A stretch of DNA of 64,000 nt from the human T2T-CHM13v2.0 reference genome, Homo sapiens, in assembly GCF_009914755.1 (NCBI RefSeq), contig NC_060935.1. The stretch is one strand, 5' to 3'. The translations under genes were made by a program, and so were the position numbers. The notes under the pieces were generated by a model. It did no database searches and had not been told where the DNA came from. It saw nothing but the letters and a program-made list of their open reading frames with translations. This document shows, piece by piece, positions 28,428-53,523 of the stretch (positions are counted from its first letter, which is position 1; each line of letters begins with the position of its first letter).

Positions 28428-29454
28428 ATGGGGAGATACCAGAGCAGAAAAGCTGAAAATTCTAAACACCAGAGTGCCTCTTCTCCTGCAAAGGATCACA
28501 GCTCCTCACCAGCAATAGAACAAAGCTGGATGGAGAATAACTTTGACGAGTTGACAGAAGTAGGCTTCAGAAGGTCGGTAATAACAAACTTTTCTGAGGT
28601 AAAGGAGCATCTTCTAACCCATCACAAGGAAGGTAAAAACCTTGAAAAAAGGTTAGATCAATGGCTAACTAGAATAAACAGTGTAGAGAAGACGTTAAAT
28701 GACCTGATGGAGCTGAAAACCATGGCACAAGAATTTCGTGATGCATGCACAAGCTTCAATAAACAATTCGATCAAGTGGAAGAAAGGATATCAGTGATTG
28801 AATATAAAATTAATGAAATAAAGTGAGAACACAAGGTTAGAGAAAAAAGAGTGAAAAGAAATGAACAAAGCCTCCAAGAAATATGGGACTATGTGAAAAG
28901 ACCAAATCTACATTTGATTGGTGTACCTGAAAGTGACAGGGAAAATGGAACCAAGTTGGAAAACACTCTTCAGGATATTATCCAGGAGAACTTCCCCAAC
29001 CTAGCAAGGCAGGCCAATATTCAAATTCAGGAAATACAGAGAACACCACAAAGATAATGCTCGAGAAGAGTAACCCCAAGACACATAATTGTCAGATTCA
29101 CCAAGGTTGGAACGAAGGAAAAAAATGTTAAGGGCAGCCAGAGAGAAAGGTTGGGTTACCCACAAAGGGAAACCCATCAGACTAACAGTAGATCTCTCAG
29201 CAGAAACCCTACAAGCCAAAAGAGAGTGGGGGCCAATATTCAACATTCTTAAAGGAAAGAATTTTCAACTCAGAATTTCATATCCAGCCAAACTAAGCTT
29301 CATAAGTGAAGGAGAAATAAAATCCTTTACAGACAAGCAAATGCTGAGAGATTTTGTCATCACCAGGCCTGCCTTATAAGAGCTCCTGAAGGAAGCACTA
29401 AATATGGAAAGGAATAACCGGTACCAGCCACTGCAAAAACATGCCAAATTTTAA
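28428..29454 (+). pseudogene. L1 ORF1p, disrupted
   Basis: MGRYQSRKAENSK...EIWDYVKRPNL...REWGPIFNILK...YPAKLSF; stops at 28824 and 29055, plus a frameshift. Confidence 0.93.
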
Positions 29455-29517
29455 AGACCATTGATGCTATGAAGAAACTGCATCAATTAACGAGCAAAAT
29501 AACCAGCTAACATTGTA

Positions 29518-33403
<3,886 letters not shown>

Positions 33404-35007
33404 ACAATGAGAACATTTGGACACGGCGGGGAACATCACACACTGCGGCCTGTTAGAGGGAGGGATAGCATTAGGAGAACTACCTAGTGTAAATGTCGAG
33501 TTGATGGATGCAGCAAACCAACATGGCACATGTATACCTATGTAATAAACCTGCATGTTGTGCACATGTATCCAAGAACTTAAAGTATAATAAAAAAAAG
33601 AAGAAAGAAAAAGCAAAGACCTGCTTGCTCCAGAAGTGAACAATAATAAATTATGTTAAGATAGTGCTTAATGCCTGATGATGTGTTAATGTGTTTACTT
33701 GGGCATGTTAGTTGACTCTTTAATAAGCAAATAGAAGAAATTATTGTAAAGATAGAGTGAGGACCTTCTAAAAAAGTCATGGAGTAAATTCTACTGGGAA
33801 ACTCAAAATGTTTCAGTAACAGGAATTGTTCTTCAATCTCTTTCAGGCATTGACACCAGAGTTTACACACTCTAACTATAAATTCTATTCTTGCCTTGTT
33901 CAACTTAACATCAGAGTCTTGGAAGAGAAGAGTCAACTGATAAAACTAAGGTTACTGCCCAACCTCTTGAAAGCACTGATTGAAGAAAACACCTATGGGG
34001 TAGAAGAAGCCTCCGTGATATCTGTTGACTTTTGTAATGGTACCATGAAGTATCTTGATTCATCAAAAAGTAAAGATAAAATTTTCTTAAAGTTAAACTG
34101 GTTTCAGCATATAAAATTAAATGCAGGCCAACCAAAATTCACAAATGCTCATTAAATGTATTGTTACTACTCATTTGGTCTTTAAATTAAAATTATAGTT
34201 GTAGAAACATAATGCTTTGTCATAATATAGGACTCAAAGTGTGACAGTAGAAACTAGATAAGTCACTCATTTCCTAATAACTTCCTTGTAGGGGTTTTTG
34301 ACCAGGGTCTCCAAAGCCTAGACAAAAAATGCACGAGATGTATATGTTATTGAACCCACAATTATATCCAAATATTTCAGTGTGTGTTCACATGTGAAAA
34401 TTTTGTTCTCATCATAGTTCATGTGATTTACTAGATGTCCAAAAGAATCTGACATAATCCACCTCTGAAAGTATAAAATTGTATGTATTACAAAAAATAT
34501 TCAATTAATGATGATTTCTTCCCTCAAGATGTTCATGGTTTCAGTCTCTTCAAGGAAATAGCCACATATAGGAAAACTTCCATAAAGTATAAGAAAATAG
34601 ATTTTAAAACTCAATTATATAGAAGAAAAGCTTTCTACTTGTGAATGGAAAAATGTAACTTATATTAAACCAGTATCCTTATCTATAGCAATAAAATAAT
34701 TGAACAAAATATGAAAATCATCTGTCTGAATACAGTGAACAGACAACAACATGAACAAGAAGGACTCATTGGAGAAGGGCCATCAGAGATAAACTTATCC
34801 CCCTGAAATTGCTTTTACCCAGGAGACATTTAATAATTTCGGCTATAGGAAGAGGGCCAAAAAATATAGGAGTTAGAACTCAAAAGGCCTTTGCTGATAG
34901 GGACAGAAATGGTAGAGCTTTGGCAGACATTAGAGACCTGATTTCCATGGTTAATTATCTTCTCAGTATATTTGCTGAAGTCTAGTTTTGTTTGAAGAGC
35001 AGGGGAC

Positions 35008-37400
35008 TGATATGATTTGGCTGTATCCCCACCCAAATCTCATTTTGAATTGTACTCCCATGATTCCCCTGTGTTGTGGGAGGGACCCAGTGGGAGATCA
35101 TTTGAATCATGGAATAGGTTTTCCCCATACTCTTCTCATGGTAGTGAATAAGTCTCATGAGATCTGATGGGTTTATCAGAGGTTTCCGCTTTTGCATCTT
35201 CCTCATTTTTCTCTTGCCACTGCCATGTAAGAAGTGCCTTTCATCTCCCACCATGATTCTAAGGCCTCCCCGGCCATGTGGAACTGTAAGTTCAATTAAA
35301 CCTCCTTTTCTTCCCAGTGTCAGGTATGTCTTTATCAGCAGCATGAAAATGGACTAATACAGTAAATTGGTACTGGGAGTGGGATGTTGCTGAAAAGATA
35401 CCTGAAAATGTGAAGCAACTTTGGAACTGGGTAACAGGCAGAGGTTGGAATAGTTTGGAGGGCTCAGAAGTAGACAGGAAAATGTGGGAAAGTTTGGAAC
35501 CTCCTAGAGATTTGTTGAATGGATTTGACAAAAATGCTGATAGTGACACAAACAATAAGGTCCAGGCTGAGATGGTCTCAGATAGAGATGAGGAACTTGT
35601 TGGAAACTGGAGCAAAGGCAACTCTTATTATGTTTTAGCAAAGAGACTTGTGGCATTTTGCCCCTGCCATAGAGATTTATAGAACTTTGAACTTGAGGGA
35701 GATGATTTAGGGTAAAGAGACTGGTGGCATTTTGCCCCTGTCCTAGAGATTTGTGGAACTTTGAACTTGAGAGAGATGATGTAGGATATCTGGAGGAAGA
35801 AATTTCTAAGCAGTAAAGCATTCAAGAGATGACTTGGGTGCTGTTAAAAGCATTCCATTTTAAAAGAGAAACAGAGCATAAAAGTTGGGAAAATTTGCTG
35901 CCTGACCATTCAGTAGAAAAGAAAACCCATTTTTTGAGGAGAAATTCAAGCTAGCTGTAGAAATTTGCATAAGTAATGAGGAGTCAAATGTTAATCCCCA
36001 AGACAATAGGGAAAATGTCTCTAGGGCATGTCAGAGGTTTTCAGGGCAGCCCCTCCCATCACAGGCCTGGAGGCCCAGGAGAAAATAATTTCATGGGCTG
36101 GGCCAAGGGTCCCTGTGGTGTGTGCAGCCTAGGGACTTGGTGCCCTGTATCCCAGTTTCTCCAGCCATGACTAAAAGGGGCCAAGGTACAGATCAACCTG
36201 TGACTTCAGAAGGTGAAAGCCCCAAGCCTTGGCAGCTTCCTTGAGGTGTTGAGCCTGAAGTTGCACAGAAGTCAAGAATTGGAGTTTGGGAACCTCCACC
36301 TAGATTTCAGAAGATGTATGGAAATGCCTGGATGCCCAGGCAAAAGTTTGCTGCAGGGGTGGGGCCCTCATGAAGAATCTCTGCTAAGGCAGTGCAGAAG
36401 AGAAATGTGGGGTAGGAACAGCCACACTGAGTCCCTACTAGGGCATTGCCTCATGGAGCTGTGAGAAGAGGCCCACTGTTCTCCAGACCCCAGAATGATA
36501 GATCCAATGACAGCTTGCACTGTGCATCTGGAAAAGCTGCAGACACTCAATGCCAGCCTGTGAAAGCAGCCAGGATTGAGGGGCTATCTATACCCTGCCA
36601 AGCCACAGGGGCTGAGCTGATGAAGACCATGGGAACCCACCTCTTGCATCAGCATGACCTGGATGTGAGACCTGGAGTCAAAGGAAATCATTTTGGAGCT
36701 TGAAGATTTAACTGCCCCACTGGATTTCAGACTTGCATGGGCCCTATAACCCCTTTGTTTTGGCCAATTTCTCCCATTTGGAATGGCTGTATTTACCAAA
36801 TACCCGTACCCCCATTGTATCTGGGAAGTAACTAGCTTAGTTTTGATTTTACAGGCTCATAGGCAGAAGGGACTTGACTTGTCTCAGATGAGACTTTGGA
36901 CTGTGGGCTTTTGGGTTAATGCTGAAATGAGTTAAGACTCTGGGGGAATGTTGGGAAGGCATGATTTGTTTTGAAATGTGAGGACATGAGATTTGCAGGG
37001 GCCAGGGGTGAAATAATATGGTTTGGTTGTGTCCCTACCTAAATCTTATCTTGAATTGTACTCCCATAATTCCTACATGTTGTGGGAGGAACCCAGTGGG
37101 AGATAATTTAATCCTCCCACTGGGTTCCTCCCACTGGATAATTTAATCCAGTGGGAGGTTTCCCTCATACTGTTCTTGTGGTATTGAATAAGTCTTACAA
37201 GATCTGATGTTTTCATGGGGATTTCCACTTTTGCATCTTTCTCATTTTTCTCCTGCTGCCACCATGTAAGAAGTGGCTTTCACCTCCAGCTATGATTCTG
37301 AGTCCTCCCCAACCATGTGAAACTGTAAGTCCACTTAAACCTCTTTTTCTTCCCAGTCTCAGGTATGTCTTTATCAGCAGCATGAAAACAGACTAATACA
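35008..37400 (+). mobile_element. Complete THE1A MaLR element: 5'LTR 35008-35361, internal 35362-37013, 3'LTR 37014-37400
   Basis: TGATATG...GACTAATACA LTR termini; THE1A-type GGGTTTATCAG.GGTTTCCGCTTTTGC; internal starts GTAAATTGGTAC; TSD GGGAC / GGGAT. Confidence 0.93.
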
Positions 37401-37457
37401 GGGATCACAACTTAAACAAAACTCAGCCGAAAAGCAGAACAGAAAGATTGGCTTGTT

Positions 37458-37760
<303 letters not shown>

Positions 37761-39432
37761 AGAAAGATTGGCTTGTCATGTGGCAAAAGACTGGACCCCA
37801 CAGTACACAAAAGACTCTTAGTAAAAAATTTAGAAAGAAAAGAGCAAAACTAAAGAGGATTCAGTCTTACCAGGGCTTCAGTCTGGCTTTGACTCAGCAC
37901 CACCCACAAATTGGTTACTATGATTATTCTTCACCCTGTCTGCCTAGTGCAGAAATGAGTGAATCCACTCTTAAGAAAGGTAAGATCATCAATAACCTTT
38001 ACGTTTTTAAACTAGCATTTGGGATTCCATTTAAAAAAATATGACACACACCAATAGAAAAAAAAAAAGACTATAAAAGTAGACTTATAGGTGATCAAGA
38101 TATTGGAGTTAATGGACAATGACTTTGAAATAATATGTTTAAATCAATCAAGAAAAAGATGAAGAAAATAGACAGCAATAAATAATTCCACAAGACAACT
38201 GGAATCCTTAAAAGATAATCAAATCAAAAATCTAGAACTGATGAATAATATCTAAAATTTTTAATTCATTGGACGCTTTAATACAAGGTTAGATTAATTA
38301 GTTCCAGAATAAGTAAATTGGAAGACATGTTTTATTATATAATCCAAACTGAAACTATACCATAGAATAAGAATACAGACACATGGAACTCAAAGAATAC
38401 CCCTACTATCTATGTAATTGGACTCCCGGGAGAAGGGTACAGTAAAATGGGTCAGAAGCACTATTTGAAGAGATAATGGCCAATAGTTTTCCAAAACTAT
38501 GACATGTATCAATGTACAAGTTTAAGAATCTTTGAAAATTCCAACATGAATAAATACAAAGACAACAAACAAAAAACAAAAATGAAACAATACCAAACCA
38601 TACGCTCATCATAAGAAGACCACTAAAAATCAAAGGCAAAGAGTAAATCTTAAAATCTTCCAGAAAAGAAAAAAAGTATTACCATCAAAGGAGCAAGTGT
38701 GAGACTGTGATTTGACTTTTCAGTAGAGATGATTAAAGCCTAAGAAAATGCATACAAAAAACCACCATTACACTTAATAACATGAATAAATATCAAAGGT
38801 ATTTTCCTAAGAGGAGAAAAGCCAGAGGACAAAGACTATGTATTTTATGATTCCATTTACGTGAAATGCAAAAAAAAAAAAAGGCAATTAGATTGACAAA
38901 AAGCAGATCAGTCGTCACAAAGAATTAGAGGCAGGAAGAGAGGATTTATAACAACAAAAAAATAGGGGACTGATAGGAATCTTTTATAACATGAATGTGA
39001 TAGTGGTTATATGATGGCTGACACTTGTCAAAATATGTCTCATTGCAAACCTACCACTGGTAAATTTTTATTGTATATAAATTATATCTCAATAAGGCTT
39101 ATTAAGTATTAACTAGGTAAAATATTCGGTGCAACAATCACACAGAAATGGAGATGGGTTATAGATGAAGTTAAAAGTTACCAAAATTTTAATATTATCA
39201 ACAGTGTTAAATGTAATCATTTGCATTGGATTATACTAAGTCAAGATAAATCAGGGATTCATGTTATAAGCCATATGGTTAACTACCTAAGTTATAGCAA
39301 ATAATTTATATGTATTAAGTTGTAATCATTGAATGGAATAATAATTTTTGTAATCTAAAGTATGCAAGTATGATAAAGAACATAAAAACAGGTGGACAAA
39401 TAAAAGAAAAATAGAATGATAGTAGATAAAAC

Positions 39433-39881
39433 AGTCAGTTCAGGTTCTCTAAGAAGCAGCTGCCAAGAGAGAATTAAATGGCAAGAAATTTACCAGGAGA
39501 AACACACCTGAAAAAGAAACTAGGGTGGGGGAGAGCGGTTGGAGAATTTGAGAGCACCATCAGATCATGGGGCAAGTCTGATCTCTAGTGAAGAAGAGAA
39601 GAAAGGAAGTAAGAGAATCTGTGAGAAAGCATCTTAGACTGAAAATTTGTCAAAGTCATTGAGGCATGCTCAAGTCAAGTCACATGCCAGAGGAGTCCCA
39701 CATCTCCCAGGAGTGAGCCTGACTTAACCACACTCTGTTGCTCCCTGGGAAAAGCTCATGGTAGGTTTTCCTCTATGCATATATGTTGACTTCAGAGCGC
39801 AAAAGCTTTGCGCCTGGTCAATTACACTCCTTGTAGCTTACTACAAGGAGTACCTAGAGGCACATTCTCATGGCTACCATA
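39433..39881. mobile_element. ERVL-class LTR (LTR16/LTR33-like)
   Basis: CAGGTTCTCTAAGAAGCAG.TGCCAAGA...GCAAGAAATTTA...CAGATCATGGGGCAAGTCTGA. Confidence 0.55.
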
Positions 39882-40285
39882 TAAATTCAACTAAAACAGG
39901 CAATAAATTAAATGTAAATTTATTAAGTGCTCCAATTTAAAGGCTAAGATTGTCAGACTTAATAAAAATTGGTGAGGACTGTGAAATGCAAATAATGAGT
40001 CTTTAAATATAAGTACATATAAAGATTGAATGCAACAATAAGGAAAAGTAGATACTATTCATAGTATAAAGCTGGTATAGCACTATTAAGCAAAATAGAA
40101 ATAAAGCAAGAAACATTTTGAATTCTTAAGTACTTGAATAGAATAAATAAAATTGCCATCATTTCAAGATAACATGACCAAATAAGTAGAAATCCTGAAA
40201 TAATCAACAGCCGCACAATTAGCATTGATTTTTGATTATAAGATTATTTGAGAACAGGTCTATTTAAAACACCGAATTTATCTTT

Positions 40286-40654
40286 TGATATGATTTAGCT
40301 GTGTCTCCACCCAATTCTCATCTTGAATTATAGTTCCCATAATCCTCACGTGTAGTAGGAGGAAACTGGTGGAAGGTAATTGAATCACGAGGGTGACTAC
40401 CCTCATGCTGTTCTTGTGATAGTAAATTCTCATGAGATCTGATGGTTTTCTAAGGGGCTTTCCCCACCTTCTCTCATTATTTTCTCTCTTGTCACCTTGT
40501 GAACAAGGACATGTTTTCTTCCTTTTCTGTCACGATTGTAAGTTTCCTGAGGCCTCCCTAGCCCTGTGGAACTGTGAGTCAATTAAACCTCTTTCCTTTA
40601 TAAATTACAAGTCTTTGGTATGTCCTTAGAGCAGCATGTGAATGGACTAATACA
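40286..40654 (+). mobile_element. THE1 solo LTR (THE1C/D-like)
   Basis: TGATATGATTTAGCTGTGTCTCCACCC...TGTGAGTCAATTAAACCTCTTTCC...GGACTAATACA; TSD TCTTT / TATTT. Confidence 0.9.
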
Positions 40655-41706
40655 TATTTTAAATAAGTAATATAACAGTTGAAAATAAGATTTTATTAAA
40701 ATGTTATGTATAACAGTTTTACATTATTAAGAAAAAACTGGAGAAAACATAGCTGAAGGCTAAATTATATACAGCCTAGAGTATAATACAGATTTGATAA
40801 AATATTATGAATGTATTCATAATAGGTAGAAAAAGTATGAAACTATATTTTTATAAATTAGTAATACAAAAATTGAAAATGATATTTTATAAAAATGTCA
40901 TTTCTATAACATAACAAAATTATCAAAAAGGGATAAAACTAAAGAAGTCTATATAATAGTTTTATACTGAAAACTATGATAACTCCCAAGAGACATTAAA
41001 GAATATATAAATTAAGCATAACATGTTTATGCATTGGAAGACTCATATATGGTAACTATATCAACTTTCTTAAAACCATTTGATAAATTTAATGTTAACC
41101 CATTTAAAATTCCAGAGGTTGTATGTATATGTTGGGGAGGACATGATTATTGATACAAGGATTCTAAAATTTATATTGAGGATCAAGAATAGCAAAGGCA
41201 ATATTGATAAAGAGTAAAACTAGAGGACCTACATACTATGTAACAAGACATTCAGATCTATAGTTATGAAGACAATGTGATATTGGTATAAGCATTAAAA
41301 ATTATAATTTTGGAATAGAGAAGAGAACTCAGAAACAGATTCACAGTCACCTGTTTTTATTTTATTTTTAATATACATAACACTGTAGTGCGCTGGATGA
41401 AGGATAGTCTTGCATATTCATGCTGTTGGGTCAATTGACTATCCATATGAAAAAAATAAATACATTTAGACCCTTATTTTATGCCAAACAGTAAATCAGT
41501 TCCACTTGGATTTAAGATCTAAATACAAAACATAAAACTACAAAGCTTTTAGAATAAATTATAGGACAATAGTTTCATGAACTTGGGATGGGCAGAATTC
41601 CAAAACAGGGCATAAAAAGCAGTAGCAACTGAAGAATAAGGAAGAATAAAATAGACTGCATCAAAATTAAGAACTTCTGCTAATAAAAAGATAAAATGGA
41701 TAAAAT

Positions 41707-44100
<2,394 letters not shown>

Positions 44101-44109
44101 CACGGGAAA

Positions 44110-44915
44110 CTCAAAACAGCTATTGTGAATGTAAATTGATTGAATCACTTTTAAGTGGCAATATCCACTAAAACTCACCTTATGTATACCTAGCATTTCT
44201 ATTTCCTGGTCTAGACTCCAAAGAAATATGTATGTGTGTATGTATTTATATGTGTATTTACATATACACAAATGCATGCAGGGTCATTGATGAATTTCAT
44301 AATAATAATGCTGAGCAAAAAAAGGCAGACAAGGCCAGGTGCGGTGGCTCACGCCTGTAATCCCAGCACTTTGGGAGGCCGAGGAGGGTGGATCACGAGG
44401 TCAGGAGATCGAGACCATCCTGGCTAACACGGTGAAACCCCGTCTCTACTAAATATACAAAAAATTAGCCGGGCATAGTGGGGGGCGCCCATATTCCCAG
44501 CTACTTGGGAGGCTGAGGCAAGAGAATGGCATGAACCCAGGGGGTGGAGCTCGCAGTGAGCCGAGATCACGCTACTGCACTCCAGCCTGGGCAACAGAGC
44601 GAGACTCCGCCTAAAAAAAAAAAAAAAAAAAAAAAAAAGAAGGCAGACACAGGGCAATTAGTAGTATTTTATTCCAAAAAACTCAAAAGAGACAAAATTA
44701 AGCCAAGCTAATAAGAATCATTGTAGTGGTTACTCCTGAGGAGGAGTAACAATCAGAAGAAATAAGGAACTGTTGGTTTGGTGCTACTGGACTCTTCCTT
44801 GATACGATTCCTGATTTCTGTGTGTGCTGAATTTGTGAAACTTTACAAAGCTGTAGGTTCATGATTTATATATTTTATGTATGTATACTATTAATAGGCA
44901 AAATGCACATTAAAA
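44110..44915 (+). mobile_element. L1ME-like 3' end, interrupted by an AluY
   Basis: GTAAATTGATTGAATCACTTT...; ATAATGCTGAGCAAAA; TAGTGGTTAC; TTTGTGAAACTTTACAAAGCTG. Confidence 0.6.
44333..44639 (+). mobile_element. AluY
   Basis: GGATCACGAGGTCAGGAGATCGAGACCATCCTGGCTAACACGGTGAAACCCCG; TSD AAGGCAGACA (44322-44331 / 44640-44649). Confidence 0.96.
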
Positions 44916-45958
44916 GTATTGTGGGAAAATTAATAGTGGAGGACATTTTATTACTCTTTTATATGCTACCTCCCCTTTTTTTGCAACAAGATATATTACC
45001 TTATAATTAAAAAAATTAGTAAGACTAATACATTTTTAGTCTTTTAGGTAAAGCAAAGAAACTGATTCAAACACACATAGATTACATTATTTTGAGCTTT
45101 GCAAATAATAAGATATATGTCTAATGTGGAAGTGATGAACAATGAAAGCAAAAGATAACTTTTCAGAAAGAGGGGCTATGTCAGGAAAGACAGAAGGATT
45201 GCAAAATATGCATTGCATTAAATTTGAAGTGGTTTGTTATGGCTAGTAGCTCTGGTGATGCACAGGCTAGGACATACCAGGCACCTAGAAAAATTTATGA
45301 ATAAGTTGATTAATAATAGGCAGGAGATACACATTAAAAAATCACTTAACTCAATTTAGACATTTTATTTTCTCAATCAGACGATGGGGTTTCCCTGCAG
45401 CTTTTAAACCTGATTACAACTTTGCTTCAGAAATCTACCTATTCCTGCCTGTGGGAAGAACTGTAGAATAGAGAGATCAGAGTCACACAAACCAGTTAGA
45501 AATATTGTTGTAAATTTCCCAGGCAAGAAATGATCAAAGACTAAATTTGGATTACAGGAGATAACATTTTATAATAATTCTTTTAGTAATACTCCTAAAA
45601 CTATGGTATGTAATCATCTGGCTATCTCCACCTCTTTTTCACAGGAGTAAACTTTGCTAATAATTCATTAAAAAATAAAAACAAAAAATAAAGTTCCTCA
45701 TTACTTATACAAAGTCAATATGGTGTTTTGCAGTGACCAGGTAGACTCAAAGCATTCCTATGGAGACATAAACAATCCTCTTCAATTTCCGCCATTCCGT
45801 GTCAGTAGAATTCACTCTATCATGGAATGCATGTCCTACCACTGTGAATGCAGGCCAGAAGAGCCTGTGGATATGATCCACACCAACAAATCCTAGTCCT
45901 ATTCTGCTTATAGAGTATCCCTTTGAAACACTTCATTCTTATATACTTTCTTTAATAC

Positions 45959-46221
45959 TTTTTGTTTTGTTTTGTTTTTGGAGACAGGGTCTCACTCTGT
46001 TGCCCAGATGAGTGCAGTGGTGCAATCATGGTTCACTGTAGCCTGGGCTAAAGAGATCCACCCGCCTCAGCCCCCTAAGTAGCTGAGACTACAGGTGCAC
46101 GCCACCATGCCTGGCTAATTTTTTTTATTTCTTGTAGAGATGGGGTTTCACCATTTTGCCCAGGCTGGTCTCCAACTCCTGAGCACAGGCAATTTGCCCA
46201 CCTCAGCCTTCCAAGAGTGCC
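45959..46221 (-). mobile_element. AluJ, 5'-truncated and internally deleted
   Basis: GAGACAGGGTCTCACTCTG...ATCATGGTTCACTGTAGCC; (TTTG)n tail. Confidence 0.88.
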
Positions 46222-47465
46222 TGGAGGAAACACTTGATTATTTAAAAAGGAAAGAAGACTATAACATATTCCCTCAGAGAATACAGCTTAAAGTCTTCCC
46301 TGTATTTCACTTATATCCTTTCTATAGTACATGAACATTTGTGAAAAAATTAATATCACCTCTTTACCTCTCTTATGGTGTAAGGCAGGTTGATAAATTC
46401 ATTTGAGTGTATAGAAGAGTTAGCTTTTTCTTTTTGTCTACCAGCATAAACATTGTTTTTAACCTCTACTTTCTTGGAATTTGACATGACAATGTTCATA
46501 GAAAATAAAAATAAAAGATGTGTTTAAAAATACTCATAAATATATGTAAACAAATATCACTCAGTTATATGGGGCAGGTGAGCTATATATTTAGTTGGTT
46601 TAATATTTAGCTAATTAGAAATGCTGTTATTAAAACCTACAGCTGGTGGAATAGACATAATTGCTGGGGATCTGCCAAGGAGTTTTCAGGCCACTGATGA
46701 GCTGCATAAGCATTAGAGTTCAAATATGCTTTCTGAAATTTGAAGTACTTTTCCATTGTCCAAAAACAGATCAAAGTAATTGTTAGGATGGTGACATATG
46801 TCAGAAATTTTCAAGATATTCAATGCATAATGAATACGTATTGAATGCCCAAAAGCATAGTGAGACCAGGAAAGAGTGTTTTATAGGAAAATACTGAGGG
46901 CCGAAATGGAATATGACATGCTTACTTTCTGACTTTGTAGTTGATACTGTGGTTGCAAGGGTATTTCATGGTAATGCATCCTAGAAAAGATGAAAGGCAT
47001 ATACAAGGACTTATCAACCACCAGTTTATTCAAGTAGATACATGAGCTTTTAAAGACTGTGAAAGAAAGAAAGAAATCCAGAAACAAGACACATAACACG
47101 AATATTCCAAAGGGTCAGATGAGATAAAACAAATTTTTGTCAGTTATTTGAGTAGTGAAGAGTGTGACAAGTGAATATGAAGATTGTGAAAGAAGAAAGG
47201 GATATCTACCTCATTAGATTTGTATGTTAGGTCTACAGCATTTTCCTTCTAGAAGTAAACCACAAAGTTAGGTATAGGAGCCACCGGCAATCATTACTCA
47301 GTTGCTTAAAATGCATGTTTCCAGAGTTTGCTCAAAAGTAGATACTCTGGAGTTCCACTGAGAGCTGATGTTATTAACAACGTTCTATATGATTTATTTT
47401 ACATATTTTATGTTAGCTTGGTAAGAACTACCAATCTCATGTTAAGACATGAGACCTACTCCCTT

Positions 47466-51960
<4,495 letters not shown>

Positions 51961-52053
51961 GTTGACGTGTCTCTGCTATCTCATGTTTTTGAACAAAAAA
52001 CTTTAATAACCTCTATCGTAGATAGTCGTCAAAGTCAATCAAAGAAACGTCTT

Positions 52054-52193
52054 GGCAGGGTGTTCTGGATCACATCTGCAATCCTAGCACTTTGGGAGGC
52101 CAAGGAAAGAGTATGCTTGAGGCCAGGAGTCCAATACCAGCCTGGGCAACATAGTGAGACCTCATCTGTACAAAAATAAAAAATAATAAAAAA
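52054..52193 (+). mobile_element. FLAM / free left Alu monomer
   Basis: AATCCTAGCACTTTGGGAGGCC...CCAGCCTGGGCAACATAGTGAGACC, followed by an A-tail; no right arm. Confidence 0.8.
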
Positions 52194-52715
52194 TGAGAAA
52201 AGTCCTATGGGACTTTCGTCCTTGACACATTCTGTTTAAAATATTCTGTAATAAATTAAAAACTACATAAACAATATTTCAAATGATACTATCCTTTGAT
52301 GAAGAAGACCAAATCAAGACTTCAAATTTTTGAACAACCTATCCAAGATAGCAAATGCAGTATAAATGCTTATAAACATCATGCATTTTCACTTTATAAC
52401 TATTTGAAAACTTCAAAATAAGGAAGAGACTATTGGCTGAGGTAATAGTTATCTATATTAAGACTTCCTTTTTGTAGTGATGGTCCTGCATTCAACATAT
52501 CTTGTGATGAGGATTATGAAAATCAATAGGTAGAACTTGGGTGAACTTATTGGCCTCATGAAATTAATGTGCCTCTTGATAGCACAGCAATGTGATATCC
52601 CCAGCTTGTCACAAAGCAGAAAAGTTTTATCCAGGACTTATTAGAGCCATAGAAATCTCTTTTACGTGCAACATTTAAAAATCACCTCCAAATTTCAGCC
52701 CCAATTAAAGTCACC

Positions 52716-52718
<3 letters not shown>

Positions 52719-52748
<30 letters not shown>
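52719..52748. repeat. (TG)15 microsatellite
   Basis: Read directly from the sequence. Confidence 0.95.
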
Positions 52749-52753
<5 letters not shown>

Positions 52754-53523
52754 GCTGGTGGAGTGGAGGGGTAAGGAAGGGGAACCTGTAAATTATGAGT
52801 ACAAAACTAGAATTTGCTTGTAATTCTAAGATGTTTGTTCTCAGATTTTTTTTCTATTCTCCTTCAAGCTGCATTATTTTTTAATTTCAACATCTGCTTA
52901 TATGTCTTGTGGGATTTGGTACAGCTGTTAAGGTTTGGATCCTTGCTCATATCCTACATCGATAGACTAGATGAACAGCAAAATTATGTAGACAGCGACT
53001 CTGGGAAAGTCAAAGTCTTTGTAAGGCAAAACTGGAGTTCGAGTCACAGATCTGCTCCTTAGACGAGGAATGACAAAGGGGTGGAACACTACTTTGACTG
53101 CGCATTTCTGCTTCTGAGGAAAATCCAAAAGTAAACCATCCAATTTGAATAGATTAGTCTCCTTTTAAAACTTCTTTAAAACTTAAGTTTATCCTGTGAA
53201 ATGGTTGCAAAATCAAGAAGCCTGATAGTTTTCTCTTTGGAGAAATTGAATCGCAGGAACTCTAGTGATTAGGACACAGGTATGGGGGTGCAGTAGGAAG
53301 AATCTATATCAAAAGCAGATATTAAAATTCTATTTATGTAATTGGAAGATCACCAAGCTCCTTCTTCTATTCAACTCATATTTCAGAAGAATGGCACCTA
53401 AAGTGATCATTTCTGAGGTCTGAGTGTCAGGATTTTATTTAGAAAAAATAATCATCCCACGAAAAAAGGCTCAAAATTAGATACGCAACAAGTAATCATA
53501 CCCTGAAGCCAAACCCCTCAACT

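Larger units (their letters stand above)
38050..41700 (+). mobile_element. Old L1M fragments (ORF1-like, 3'UTR-like, ORF2-like), interrupted by LTRs
   Basis: TTTGAAGAGATAATGGC..A.TTTTCCAAAA; TTCCATTTACGTGAAATG; GATTCTAAAATTTATAT; CATCAAAATTAAGAACTTCTG. Confidence 0.7.

Noticed and set aside
35410-36799. Several 60-109 aa ORFs
   Set aside because: They are fragments of THE1-internal sequence.
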